Part shown: one piece after another, positions 44,272 to 54,189 of the stretch | Numbering within the stretch: position 1 is the first letter of the stretch | Layout of the letters: each line of letters starts with the position of its first letter | Origin: Sandaracinaceae bacterium | GTDB lineage: Bacteria > Myxococcota_A > Polyangia > Polyangiales > JAFGIB01 | Length of the DNA: 64,000 nt | NCBI GenBank assembly: GCA_017881055.1 | Contig: JADGRF010000225.1 | Location: 9,486-73,485, forward strand | Reading direction: 5' to 3' | Made by a program: the position numbers and the translations under genes | The notes under the pieces: model-generated | The model's input: the letters and a program-made list of their open reading frames with translations, nothing else | What the model was told of the DNA's origin: nothing | Databases searched by the model: none

Positions 44272-45290
44272 CCACGTTGATCCGTGCCTGCCGGCGCGAG
44301 CCCACGCCGTTCACGCCGATTTGGCTGATGCGCCAGGCGGGCCGCTACCAGCCCGAGTATCGCAAGTTGCGCGAGCGCTATGGCTTCGTCGAGATGTGCA
44401 AGAACTCGGACGTGGCCACCGAGGTCACGCTGCTCCCGGTCACGCAGCTCGGCGTGGACGCGGCGATTTTGTTCGCCGACATCTTGTTGATCTTGGAGCC
44501 GCTCGGCATCGGCTTTCATTTCAGCAAAGACGACGGTCCGCGCATCGATCATCCGTTGCGCACCACGGCCGACGTCAATGCGGTCGCGAGCACGATCGAT
44601 GCGGAAGAGTCGCTCGGCTACGTGCTCGAGACGATCAAGAAGACGCGCTCGGGGTTGCCCAAGAACGTGCCGCTGATCGGCTTTTCGGGCGCGCCGTACA
44701 CGCTCGCGTCGTACGTGATCGAAGGCGGCGGCTCGCGCGACTACATGCACACCAAGGCCATGATGTTCGGCGATCCCGGCGCCTGGAACGCGCTGATGGA
44801 GAAGCTGACGGGCGCAGTGGCCGCATACTTGAACGCGCAGATCAAGGCCGGTGCTCAGGCGGTGCAAGTGTTCGACTCGTGGATCGGCAGCGTTGGACCC
44901 AGCGACTACGCGCGCTTCGTGCAGCCGCACATGACTCGCCTGTTCCAGCTGCTCGATCGCAGCGTGCCGGTGATCCACTTCGGCACCGGCAACCCGGCGC
45001 TGTATCCGCTGATGCGGGCCGCTGGCGGAGATGTCATCGGCCTGGACTTCCGGTGTGACCTCGCGAGCACGTGGGACGCTCTCGGCGAGGTGGCGATCAT
45101 GGGCAACCTCGATCCGTATTCGCTGCTGGCGCCGCGCGCCGAGCTGCAGGCGCGCGCCAAGCGTGTGCTCGATGCCGCAGGCGGTCGACCCGGTCACATC
45201 TTCAACCTCGGGCACGGGTTATTCCCCGATGCCAGTGTCGATCAAGTTCGTGCGCTCGTGGACTACGTCCATGAAGCCAGCGCTCGCTGA
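44268..45290 (+). CDS. hemE: uroporphyrinogen decarboxylase
   Basis: 340 aa from [32 protein letters not shown], a canonical HemE N-terminus. Confidence 0.93.
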   Translation: [340 protein letters not shown]

Positions 45291-46242
45291 GCGTGCCGGG
45301 AAAACAGGAGCTCGCGCAGTGAACACAGGCAACTACGACGCGGTGCTGATGATCGCGTTCGGTGGGCCGCAGAAGCCCGAGGAGATTCGGCCATTCCTGC
45401 AGCACGTGCTGCGCGGCCGAAACGTGTCCCCGGGCCGACTCGAGGAAGTGGCTCATCACTACGAGGTGATCGGCGGGCGCTCACCGCTGAACGAGCTGAC
45501 AGAGAAACAGCGCGTCGCGCTGGAGAAGCAGCTGGTTGGGCGCGGCTGCATGCTGCCGGTCGTGGTCGGCATGCGGCACGCGCAGCCGTTCGTCGCCGAT
45601 GTGCTGACGCAGCTGTCAGCGACGCGGGCTCGGCGCGTGCTGGGTGTGATCATGGCGGCCTTCCACGATCACGACACGGTCAAGCGCTACGCCAGCGCAG
45701 CCGACGACGCGCTGCGCGAGCGCTCGCTGCCGATCGCCATCGACTACTGCGACGGCGCCGAGCTGCATCCGGGTTTCGTCGCCGCACATGTCGAGCACAT
45801 CCGCAGCGCATTCTCGCGGCTGCCGCGCGAGCTGCGGCCGAACGCAGAGCTCGTGTTCACGGCGCACAGCGTGCCGACCTCGGTGGGTGAGAGCAGTGGC
45901 TACGTCGGGTTGTTCGAGCTCAGCGCGGAACGGATCGCCGCCGAACTGCGCATTCCGAGCTATCGCCTGGCGTATCAGAGCCGTAGCGGGTCGCCGCGCG
46001 ATCCCTGGCTCGAGCCCGACATCGGCGACGAGCTGCGCGACGCCAAACAACGCGGCGCGCGCGCGGTCGTGATCGCACCGATCGGCTTCGTGTGCGACCA
46101 CGTCGAGGTGCTCTATGACCTCGACATCGAGGCCGCGCGCATCGCGCAGGAGCTTGGTCTTTCGCTGGCGCGCTCAAGTACGGTAAACGACCACCCGGCC
46201 TACATCGAGGCCCTGGCCGAGCGGGTTCTGGCGCGAGCCTGA
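45271..46242 (+). CDS. hemH: ferrochelatase
   Basis: AVLMIAFGGPQKPEEIRPFLQHVL and VIAPIGFVCDHVEVLYDLD motifs. The ATG at 45271 overlaps hemE by 20 nt; an alternative GTG lies at 45319. Confidence 0.88.
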   Translation: MKPALAERAGKTGARAVNTGNYDAVLMIAFGGPQKPEEIRPFLQHVLRGRNVSPGRLEEVAHHYEVIGGRSPLNELTEKQRVALEKQLVGRGCMLPVVVGMRHAQPFVADVLTQLSATRARRVLGVIMAAFHDHDTVKRYASAADDALRERSLPIAIDYCDGAELHPGFVAAHVEHIRSAFSRLPRELRPNAELVFTAHSVPTSVGESSGYVGLFELSAERIAAELRIPSYRLAYQSRSGSPRDPWLEPDIGDELRDAKQRGARAVVIAPIGFVCDHVEVLYDLDIEAARIAQELGLSLARSSTVNDHPAYIEALAERVLARA

Positions 46243-46293
46243 CGGGAAAGCACACCCCGTGCTAAAACTCGTGTTCTAGGAGCCGCGGATTTC

Positions 46294-47946
46294 GTGACCA
46301 TCAGCGCCAACACCGAGCCCGCGTTCGACCCAAAGCTCGGTCAACTCTTGCTCGGGCGCTACCGCATCGTGCGTAAGCTCGGCGAAGGCGGCATGGGCGC
46401 GGTCTACGAAGGCAAGCACGAGCTGATCGGCAAGCGCCTGGCGATCAAGTGCCTGCACCCGCAGTACATGTCGAACAAGGAAGTGGTCGAGCGCTTCCAT
46501 CGCGAGGCGCACGCCGCGACCGCGGTCGGCAACGAGCACATCATCGAGGTCAGCGACGTCGGCGCCTTCGACGACGGCTCGCCCTTCATCGTGATGGAGT
46601 TCCTGGACGGCGTCGAATTCGGGCGGCTGATCGAGCAGGAAGGCAGCCTGCCTGTCGCGCGCCTCGTTCACATCGTGACCCAGCTGTGCGGCGCCCTGTC
46701 AGCTGCACACGCACGCGGCATCGTGCATCGCGACATGAAGCCCGAGAACGTGTACCTGATCCGGCGCGGCAACGATCCCGACTTCGTGAAGGTGCTCGAC
46801 TTCGGCATCTCGAAGATGAAGGAACACAGCGAAGCCATCGGCGGCAGTCTGACCAAGACCGGCATGGCGCTCGGCACGCCGTATTACATGCCGCCCGAGC
46901 AAGCTCAGGGCGTGCGTGATCTCGACCATCGCGCAGACGTCTATGCCGTCGGGGTGATCCTGTATCAGGGCCTGACGGGCCGCTTGCCGTTCGACGCGGA
47001 CAGCTATCCCGCGCTGATGGTCAAGATCCTCACCGAGCAAGCGGCGCCGCCCACGGTGTTCCGTGGCGACGTGCCGTCCGAGCTCGAGCAGATCGTGATG
47101 ATGGCGATGGCGAAAGATCGAGCCAAGCGCTTTCAGACGATGGACGAGCTGGCCGCAGCGCTCGCACCGTTCGCAAACCTGAACGGCAAGCCGGAGATGC
47201 TGGCGAGCATTCGACCTTCCGGGGCCGTCGAGACCACCCCGTTCAACTGGACGCAGAAGAACGCAGAGCCTTCGACCGAAGCGCGTACGCCGACGGAGAT
47301 TCTACCGAAGCGGCCGCTCGCGTTGATCGCAAGTGGTGCGGCCGTGGGCCTCGTGTTGATGGTCGGTGTGATCGTGGCCTTGCGTGGTGGCGCTCCCCCG
47401 AACGTGCCGACGCCAGCGCGGGCGCAGACACCGGCCCAGCGGATCGCCGCGCTGCCGCCGGCTGCAGTGCCGGCCGCCACAGCGCAACCGACCGCGCCGG
47501 TGATGCCGCCGGCGGTCCAAGCGCCAAAGCCGACCGAAGTGCAGGTGAAGATCAGCGCGCTGCCGAAAGAAGCCCGCATCTACATCGCCGACGTCGAGTT
47601 CCCGAACCCGATGGATGCGTGGCGACCGCGCTCGCTCGATCCCGTGCGCCTGCGCGTCGAGCTGCCGGGCTATCGCACGGTCGAGCAACTCGCGATCTTC
47701 GATCAGGATCGCGCGATCCGCTTCGAGCTCGAGAAGGGCCACGGTGTGAAGCGCCTCGAGACGCTTGGCGGCGCGACGCCGGAGAGCGCGGGTGCGACCA
47801 CCGCAAAGCCAGAAGCGCCGGCACAACCCGCGGCAACACTCGTCATCAAGCCGGCAGTCCCTGCGAAAGCGGCCGAGGTCCCGTCGGAAAAGCCGAAGGA
47901 CGACCTCTATCACGGACCGAGCGGCGCGATTCGCGACAATTTTTGA
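46294..47946 (+). CDS. Hanks-type Ser/Thr protein kinase with TM segment and C-terminal PEGA-like domain
   Basis: GEGGMGAVYEG, LAIKCL, HRDMKPENV, DFGISK and GTPYYMPPE motifs. TM helix LALIASGAAVGLVLMVGVIVAL. Extracytoplasmic PKEARIYIADVEF...VELPGYRTVE segment. Confidence 0.9.
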   Translation: MTISANTEPAFDPKLGQLLLGRYRIVRKLGEGGMGAVYEGKHELIGKRLAIKCLHPQYMSNKEVVERFHREAHAATAVGNEHIIEVSDVGAFDDGSPFIVMEFLDGVEFGRLIEQEGSLPVARLVHIVTQLCGALSAAHARGIVHRDMKPENVYLIRRGNDPDFVKVLDFGISKMKEHSEAIGGSLTKTGMALGTPYYMPPEQAQGVRDLDHRADVYAVGVILYQGLTGRLPFDADSYPALMVKILTEQAAPPTVFRGDVPSELEQIVMMAMAKDRAKRFQTMDELAAALAPFANLNGKPEMLASIRPSGAVETTPFNWTQKNAEPSTEARTPTEILPKRPLALIASGAAVGLVLMVGVIVALRGGAPPNVPTPARAQTPAQRIAALPPAAVPAATAQPTAPVMPPAVQAPKPTEVQVKISALPKEARIYIADVEFPNPMDAWRPRSLDPVRLRVELPGYRTVEQLAIFDQDRAIRFELEKGHGVKRLETLGGATPESAGATTAKPEAPAQPAATLVIKPAVPAKAAEVPSEKPKDDLYHGPSGAIRDNF

Positions 47947-48030
47947 GACGGCGTCGCATGACGCGCGATCTGCTTCGTCTCGCGCGCCAGGCGACGCCGT
48001 TTCCTCGCGTGGGGGAATAGCGGTATCCTC

Positions 48031-49143
48031 GTGGCCACTTTCGCGAGGTCTGCTTTGAAACACGGTCGGTCGACGCAGGGTCTAGTTGTCGTGTTCTTGG
48101 GGATGCTGGGGTCGAGCGTCGCGCTGGCGCAGAGTGCTCCGACAGCTGCAACGCCGCCCGCTGCGTCGGCGGTCACTGCGACGCCTGACGGCAACGGCGC
48201 AGCACCCGCAGCCCCCAGCGGCAGCGATCAACCGGCGGCGACCGCACCGGCCAGCAAAGAAGAAATCCTCGCGAGCCCGGATGTGCTCGAGACTGCCAAG
48301 CGTCACTTCAAGCAGGGCGTCGCGTTCGCGGACGCGGGCAACTGCGGCGGCGCCGTGGTCGAGTTCGAAGCGGCCTACAACATCATCCCGAGGCCCAACG
48401 CGCTGTACAACATCGCGCAGTGCCAAGAACGCCTGTTCCGCTACGACTTGGCCATCTCGTACTACGAGCGCTACTTGAAAGAAGCGCCGCCCGATGCGGC
48501 GGATCGACCGGCCGTGGCAGCCGCACTCCAGACACTCGGCAACTTGCTCGGCGTCCTGCACGTGAAGAGCAACCAGAAGGCGGAGGTCTGGATCGACGAT
48601 CACTTGGGCGGCCAAGCGCCCGGCGATGTGTACGTGCCCGCGGGTGGACACACCGTCGAGCTGCGCGCCGACGGCTTCATTCCGAAGCGCTCCGAAGTGC
48701 GCCTGGTCGGTCGCGAGGAAGTCACGATCGGCTTCGAGCTGGAGAAAGCCCAGACGACCGTGAACGTGACGGAGACCACCGGCATCTCGCCCACGCTGTT
48801 CTGGGTGGGCGCGAGCGCAACGTTGGTGTCTGCTAGCGTGGGTGGCTTCTTCGCGCTGCAGGTGAAGTCGCAGTACGACGATGCCAAGAGCACGCCGGCC
48901 GTTTCACCGAAGCGCATGCAGCAGAAGAGAGACATTCAGAGCGCCGAGCTCACGGCCGACGTGTTCTTCCTGAGCGCGGGCGTGCTGGCGATCGGCACCA
49001 CGATCATCGCGTTCATCACGGAGTGGCACGACCCCGACGCGCCCAAAGACGGCGCTCCAAAGCCGAATGCCGCGGCCAGCGTGAAGCTGTCGCCGCAGGT
49101 CGCGCCTGGCTACGCCGGCCTTTCGCTGCACGGAGGTCTGTGA
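48031..49143 (+). CDS. secreted TPR plus PEGA domain protein with C-terminal TM anchor
   Basis: Signal peptide, TPR-like region (AKRHFKQGVAFADAGNCGGAVVEFEAAY), PEGA-like region (AEVWIDDHLGGQAPGDVYVPAGGHTVELRADGF) and two C-terminal hydrophobic helices. Confidence 0.7.
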   Translation: MATFARSALKHGRSTQGLVVVFLGMLGSSVALAQSAPTAATPPAASAVTATPDGNGAAPAAPSGSDQPAATAPASKEEILASPDVLETAKRHFKQGVAFADAGNCGGAVVEFEAAYNIIPRPNALYNIAQCQERLFRYDLAISYYERYLKEAPPDAADRPAVAAALQTLGNLLGVLHVKSNQKAEVWIDDHLGGQAPGDVYVPAGGHTVELRADGFIPKRSEVRLVGREEVTIGFELEKAQTTVNVTETTGISPTLFWVGASATLVSASVGGFFALQVKSQYDDAKSTPAVSPKRMQQKRDIQSAELTADVFFLSAGVLAIGTTIIAFITEWHDPDAPKDGAPKPNAAASVKLSPQVAPGYAGLSLHGGL

Positions 49144-50834
49144 TGACGACCTCACGCGCGTGGCTTTTCTTGCTGCTGACGTGCTCGCTGCACACTTCGG
49201 CGTGCAGCCTGGTCAAGCTGTCGGACGACATCTCGCAGGCGCACTGCAAGAAGGACACGGACTGCGAGCTGCTGAACGACCGCACCGCAAAGGACTTCGA
49301 TCCGTGCGAGCTGTGGCAGTGCTCGGACAGCAGCAAGTACTGCGAGTTCAGCGCGCTCGATCAAGATCACGACGGCTTCACGCCGCACACGGTGACCGTG
49401 AAGGGTGAAGAGCTGGTCTGTCAGGCTGCGACCGCCAAGCAGGATTGCGACGACGCGAACGCGGCGCGTACGCCCGGTGGCAAAGAGCGCTGCGACAACA
49501 TCGACAACGACTGCGATCAAAACGTGGATGAAGGCGTGCTGGAGCCGCACGTGGCGAGCTCGCTCACGTTCACGGGAGCAACGGCGGCCGGCATCGGCAA
49601 CGTGTCCTCTGCCGTGGATGCCGCGAGCGGCAAGATCGGGCTCGCTTACAGCGTGAACAACGACTCACCCGCAGTCGGCTTCAGCGTGCTCGACAACGAC
49701 CTGCCATCGGGCGTGAACGCCGCGATCGTGAAGCTGCCGCGGAAGACCAACGGCCTGCCGGCGGAAGACCTGTTCGCGGACGGAGTGGGCGTGGCGGCGC
49801 TCGGCCAAGGCAAGTTCGCAATCGCGTTCTACGACATCAACGGTGGTAAGCGCATGGTGGCGGGGCGCGTCGATACGAGCAGCGGCACGATCTTGGCTGT
49901 GACCCCCGCGATACTGGGCAAAGGCCTGCACTGCGCAGCTGGCGAGCCGTGCGGCACGGGCACACTCGCGACGCGACCGCCCGCGCTGGCAGCGCTGGGC
50001 GACGCGGTGCTGGTGAGCTACGTGCGCGCAGCGGCCGATCCGGGCCTGACGTGCGCGCTGAAGGCGGACACCGTTCCAGCTGCGCCGTTGCTGGCAAACT
50101 TGCTCACGCAAACCCCCGACGGTCTCGCTGAGCTCACCAGCAGAGCCGTCGTGCTGGGCAAGACCAGCTCGCTAGCGCCGCCTGCCTTGGTCGCGATTCC
50201 TGATCCCGCGACGGGCAGCGGCTTCGGCTTTCTGGAAGGTTTCGTGGACGACGCAGGCGCCATTCAGCTCGTGCAGGTGCAAGCGCAGGGCAGCAGTCTC
50301 GTGGTGAGCGCACCGCTCGCCACGCTGGCAGACGACAAAGCGCGCTACTCCGGTGTGCGCATGGTGCTCGGCCCAAAGACGGACGCGGGTCAGCTGATCG
50401 GCGTGAGCTTCCAGCGCGACTGCAAGCTGACGGCGCGGGTTGGCGTAGCGCTGTTGCGCGCGAGCGTGAAGGCGAGCGGCGCGCCGCTGCTCGAGGTGGT
50501 CACGCCAGCAACGCTCGTCGGCGGCGCGCCCAACGAGAAGGACGCCATGCTCGCCTACTCGAAGGACCGCGACAGCTGGGCCGCCGTGTACCGGGATTCC
50601 ATGGGCCTGCGGGCTCGTGTGCTCGACGCGAAAGGCACGGCGCTGGGCGATGCGCCCTACACGCTGATCGATGGCAGCGCGAGCGCGATGACGCAGGTCT
50701 ATCAGACGGCAGGTGTCGTGCCGACGCTCGCGACCGGCGGCTGGTTCGGCGCGCTGGCCTACACCGAGCACACCGGGGGCAATCCGCTCGCGCTGTCGGC
50801 AGCCACGCTTGCGGGCTGTGCCGCCGCAAACTGA
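49143..50834 (+). CDS. lipoprotein with MopE-type Cys-rich putative metal-binding motif
   Basis: Start MTTSRAWLFLLLTCSLHTSAC (lipobox) overlaps the upstream stop (TGATG). Has DCDDANAARTPGGKERCDNIDNDCDQNVDEG. Confidence 0.7.
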   Translation: MTTSRAWLFLLLTCSLHTSACSLVKLSDDISQAHCKKDTDCELLNDRTAKDFDPCELWQCSDSSKYCEFSALDQDHDGFTPHTVTVKGEELVCQAATAKQDCDDANAARTPGGKERCDNIDNDCDQNVDEGVLEPHVASSLTFTGATAAGIGNVSSAVDAASGKIGLAYSVNNDSPAVGFSVLDNDLPSGVNAAIVKLPRKTNGLPAEDLFADGVGVAALGQGKFAIAFYDINGGKRMVAGRVDTSSGTILAVTPAILGKGLHCAAGEPCGTGTLATRPPALAALGDAVLVSYVRAAADPGLTCALKADTVPAAPLLANLLTQTPDGLAELTSRAVVLGKTSSLAPPALVAIPDPATGSGFGFLEGFVDDAGAIQLVQVQAQGSSLVVSAPLATLADDKARYSGVRMVLGPKTDAGQLIGVSFQRDCKLTARVGVALLRASVKASGAPLLEVVTPATLVGGAPNEKDAMLAYSKDRDSWAAVYRDSMGLRARVLDAKGTALGDAPYTLIDGSASAMTQVYQTAGVVPTLATGGWFGALAYTEHTGGNPLALSAATLAGCAAAN

Positions 50835-50860
50835 TTGCGGGCTGCGCCGCCGCCGACTGA

Positions 50861-52153
50861 TCACGAACGGATCAACGGATCCGTGGCCACGTGCAGCAGC
50901 TGCGCACGCGCTTCGGCTACGAGAAAGATCGAGCCGGCCACGACGACTTGGCCGCCCGGCCCGGCGAGACGCTTGGCCTTTTGCAGCGCAGCGCTGACGC
51001 TGCGTGCGCAGAGGCCTGGCTGCGCACGTGCGAGCTCGGCTGGTGTGGCGGCACGCGCCAGGCGTGGCGTGGCGTACACGATGCGCTGAACATGCGGCGC
51101 GAGCACGGCCAGCATCTCCGTGTACTGCTTGTCACGCATCGCCCCGAATACGAGCACGCGTCGCGTCGGCGTGCTCGCGCCGAGGTGCTTCGCCAGGGCC
51201 TGCGCGCCATCCACGTTGTGCGCGGCGTCGAGCAAGTGACTTGGCCGACCCGCGATGCGCTCGAGGCGCGCCGGCCAGCGTACGCGCGCGAGACCCTTCT
51301 CGATTGCAGCATTCGGCACGCGTAGCCCGCGCGCGCGCAGACGCACGAGCGCCGCCACCGCGCACGCGGCGTTTTCGATCTGGTGCTCGCCCGCGAGCGA
51401 GAGCCGAAATGGGCCGAGCTTCTGCACACCGACCCGCACCGTGATGCGCCGCGTGCCGCTGACGGCGGCAGCGAAGTCCCGTTCGCAACGTGTCACTGGC
51501 GCGTGTAGTTTGCGGGCCCGCGCTTCGATCACCGCTAGCGCCGCGCCTTCGCGCACACCGGTCACGAGCGGAACCTCGCGCTTCAAGATGCCGGCCTTCT
51601 CCGCGGCGATCTGCTCGATCGTGTCGCCTAGGTAGTCCATGTGATCGAAGGCGACGCGTGTGATCACGGTGAGCTGCGCGGGAAACGCGTTCGTGGCGTC
51701 GAGCCGACCCCCGAGCCCGACCTCGAGCACGGCCACGTCACAACCGTGATCGCGGAACGCTTCCGCCGCGAGCAGCGTCGATAGCTCGAAGAACGTCACC
51801 TCGGGTGCGCCCGCTTGCGCGAATGCCGCCAGCAGCTCCTCGATGCGACGCGCCGTCTCGGTCGTGCCGAGCGCTCGACCGTCGATGCGCGTGCGCTCGG
51901 TGAAGCGATGCAGGTGCGGCGACGTGAATAGGCCCGTGCGATGGCCCGCAGCCGTGAGCGACGCTGCGATCATCGCAGACACCGAGCCCTTGCCGTTGGT
52001 TCCGGCAACGATCACGTACGGCATGGCCTGCGCGTCGAAGCGCCGGAAGCGCAGCGCGGCGCGCATGCGATCGACGCCCATGCGCACACCGCGTGTCTGC
52101 AATGCAAACAGGGTTTCGATCGCAGCTCGGTAGCGTAGGTCGGACGCGCTCAC
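50861..52153 (-). CDS. folC: folylpolyglutamate synthase / dihydrofolate synthase
   Basis: The GTG at 52153 overlaps the pgeF stop (GTGA). Has the P-loop VAGTNGKGS and is colinear with the Mur ligase family. The 576-aa ORF is an upstream artefact. Confidence 0.88.
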   Translation of the reverse strand: MSASDLRYRAAIETLFALQTRGVRMGVDRMRAALRFRRFDAQAMPYVIVAGTNGKGSVSAMIAASLTAAGHRTGLFTSPHLHRFTERTRIDGRALGTTETARRIEELLAAFAQAGAPEVTFFELSTLLAAEAFRDHGCDVAVLEVGLGGRLDATNAFPAQLTVITRVAFDHMDYLGDTIEQIAAEKAGILKREVPLVTGVREGAALAVIEARARKLHAPVTRCERDFAAAVSGTRRITVRVGVQKLGPFRLSLAGEHQIENAACAVAALVRLRARGLRVPNAAIEKGLARVRWPARLERIAGRPSHLLDAAHNVDGAQALAKHLGASTPTRRVLVFGAMRDKQYTEMLAVLAPHVQRIVYATPRLARAATPAELARAQPGLCARSVSAALQKAKRLAGPGGQVVVAGSIFLVAEARAQLLHVATDPLIRS

Positions 52154-52974
52154 GGACTCTCGCCCGCAACCACGGCGAGCAGATGCCGTCCGGAGCGCGT
52201 GCCGTCGCGGCGAAACGAAAAGAACCGCTCTGGCTCGCAGCGCGTGCACCCCGCAACATCGTCGACCTTGTCGGGCGAGAGGCCCGCAGCGGCCAGCTGC
52301 GCGCGGATCACGGCCGCGAGCACGGCGTGCGGACGCGCGTGCGTCGTGTCGATCACGTGCTTGTCGGGCGACGCTGCCGTGATTTGCTCGGCGACATCGC
52401 CACCAACCTCGAAGCAGCACGCGCGAATGTGCGGGAACACGGCGGCGTGCAGGCGCTCGGCCGGCGCACCCGTGCGGTCGCGCAGCGCGCGCACGGCCAA
52501 CGGTGCAACGCCCGCCACCGTGCCGCGCCAACCTGCGTGCACGGCCGTAACGGCACGCGACTTGGGATCGACCACGAGCAGCGGCAAGCAATCGGCGGCA
52601 CGCACGCCGATCGCAACGCCCGCGGACACCGCGAGCAGCGCGTCTGCCTCTTCCTCGCGCACCGCCGCGGGCGCCTCGCCGACCATCACCTCGCGCACGC
52701 GCACACCGTGCACCTGGCTGGTCTCGAACAGCGTCCCGTCGGGATAGCCAACGGCTTCCGCCATCCGCCGATGATTCTCGGCGACGGCAGCCGGGTCGTC
52801 GCCAACCACACGCCCGAGGTTCAGCGAGTCGTACGGCGCGTGGCTCACGCCGCCGGTTCGCAGCGAAAAGCCGTGCGCGAAGCCGAGGCGGGTGAGCGAC
52901 TCGGACTGCAAAATCTTCGGCAAAATCACAGCGAGACCCGCCCCGAAGCCTGCTCCATGGCCTCTGTGTAGCAC
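52150..52974 (-). CDS. pgeF: PgeF/YfiH (DUF152) family purine nucleoside phosphorylase / peptidoglycan editing factor
   Basis: 274 aa (FSLRTGGVS, ADCLPLLV, AVHAGWRGT). Confidence 0.85.
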   Translation of the reverse strand: MLHRGHGAGFGAGLAVILPKILQSESLTRLGFAHGFSLRTGGVSHAPYDSLNLGRVVGDDPAAVAENHRRMAEAVGYPDGTLFETSQVHGVRVREVMVGEAPAAVREEEADALLAVSAGVAIGVRAADCLPLLVVDPKSRAVTAVHAGWRGTVAGVAPLAVRALRDRTGAPAERLHAAVFPHIRACCFEVGGDVAEQITAASPDKHVIDTTHARPHAVLAAVIRAQLAAAGLSPDKVDDVAGCTRCEPERFFSFRRDGTRSGRHLLAVVAGESP

Positions 52975-53016
52975 GACCGTTGCGAGCCTACCCGTAAGCT
53001 TCTATGGTCGCGCGCC

Positions 53017-53442
53017 ATGGCGTACTCGTTTCCTTCCGATCCCTGGGCAGCCGCGTACAAGGTTGCCATCAACGGCAACCCCAAGTACGCGACCGCCGGC
53101 AAAGACTGGACGCACGGCGCGGTCGCGCTGCTCGTGAAGTCCGACGAAACGATCGGCATCGGCGCCGACATGGCCGTGCTGCTCGACGTGCACGCTGGCG
53201 TGTGCAACGCCGCGACCTACATGACCGGCGAGCAAGCGCGCGAGAAGGCGCCGTTCGTGGTCGAAGGTCCGTACGACAACTGGAAGAAGTTGATCGTCGA
53301 GAACCAGGATCCGATCAAAGCACTGATGCAGGGCAAGCTGAAGCTCACCAAGGGCCACCTGCCCACGATCATTCGCTACGTGGAGTCGTCGAAGCAGCTG
53401 CTCGCGAGCGCGCAGACCGTCGACACGGCATTCCTGAGATAG
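53017..53442 (+). CDS. SCP2 sterol-binding domain protein
   Basis: 141 aa. The C-terminal DPIKALMQGKLKLTKGHL is the characteristic SCP2 signature. Confidence 0.8.
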   Translation: MAYSFPSDPWAAAYKVAINGNPKYATAGKDWTHGAVALLVKSDETIGIGADMAVLLDVHAGVCNAATYMTGEQAREKAPFVVEGPYDNWKKLIVENQDPIKALMQGKLKLTKGHLPTIIRYVESSKQLLASAQTVDTAFLR

Positions 53443-53447
53443 AGCGC

Positions 53448-53891
53448 ATGGGAGCGTTGAACTACGCAGCGCGGATCGAGCTGAGCAAAGGCGCAGAGGA
53501 CAACGGCCTGGCCGGCATGGTCGCGTCGCTTATTCTGCAGAACCTGCAGGACAAGCCGCAGAAGCGTGTGGACTTCGCGAAGATGCGCGGCCGCGTGGCG
53601 ATCGTCGCGGAAGACGCGCGCGTCGCGATGACGCTCGAGTTTCAAGGCAACATGCTGACCGTGCACGACGGCATCGTCGGCGTGCCGGACGTGACCGTGC
53701 GCGCACAGAGCGAGGACATCATCCAGATGTCGCTGGTCGAGCTCACGCCGCGCTTGGCTCTGCCCGATTTCCGGGGCCCCGCGCTGAAAGAGATCATGGC
53801 GAAGAGTCGGAGCGGAGCCATCCACGTGTTCGGCGCGCTGACCAACTTCCCGCTGGTCTTTCGGCTGACGCGCCTCTTGTCCGTGAACTGA
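53448..53891 (+). CDS. SCP2-like domain protein
   Basis: 147 aa from MGALNYAARIE. Has an SCP2-like pattern (VAIVAEDARVAMTLEFQGNMLTVHDG, ...GAIHVFGAL). Lies 5 nt after the preceding SCP2 gene. Confidence 0.65.
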   Translation: MGALNYAARIELSKGAEDNGLAGMVASLILQNLQDKPQKRVDFAKMRGRVAIVAEDARVAMTLEFQGNMLTVHDGIVGVPDVTVRAQSEDIIQMSLVELTPRLALPDFRGPALKEIMAKSRSGAIHVFGALTNFPLVFRLTRLLSVN

Positions 53892-53967
53892 ACGCCGACC
53901 GTTCCACCCCCGCTTTTCGTTCGTTCTTGACAACAGGGGCCCTCACGGTACATCACGCGCCTTCGCT

Positions 53968-54050
53968 GCGGACGTGGCGGAATGGCATACGCGCTAGCTT
54001 GAGGTGCTAGTGGGGGTAACCCCGTGGAGGTTCGAGTCCTCTCGTCCGCA
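53968..54050 (+). tRNA. tRNA-Leu (anticodon GAG), no encoded CCA
   Basis: Acceptor stem GCGGACG/CGTCCGC, anticodon loop CTTGAGG, long variable arm TGGGGGTAACCCCGT, T-arm GGAGG-TTCGAGT-CCTCT, discriminator A. Confidence 0.93.
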
Positions 54051-54059
54051 CTGGTTTTC

Positions 54060-54087
54060 GCACTTCGCAAGCGAAGTGCTGGGTTTC
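54060..54087 (+). terminator. hairpin downstream of tRNA-Leu
   Basis: Perfect 9-bp stem gcacttcgc/gcgaagtgc (54060-54079) followed by tgggtttc. Confidence 0.4.
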
Positions 54088-54189
54088 GCAACTTCGGAAC
54101 TTGAGACTGCCGGGTTTTTGCCAGGTAGTAGGGTGTTCGTAGTAGGCTTTCGTCTAGCGCGGGTGTGCCAACCCCCCGGCGGAGGTTTC

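Noticed and set aside
43745-44314. N-terminal 190-aa extension of the rpsB ORF (similar upstream extensions occur for the hemE, hemH, folC and lipoprotein ORFs)
   Set aside because: These are open-frame artefacts of high GC. Conserved protein N-termini with Shine-Dalgarno sequences or stop-start overlaps occur further in (43744, 44268, 45271, 52153, 49143).
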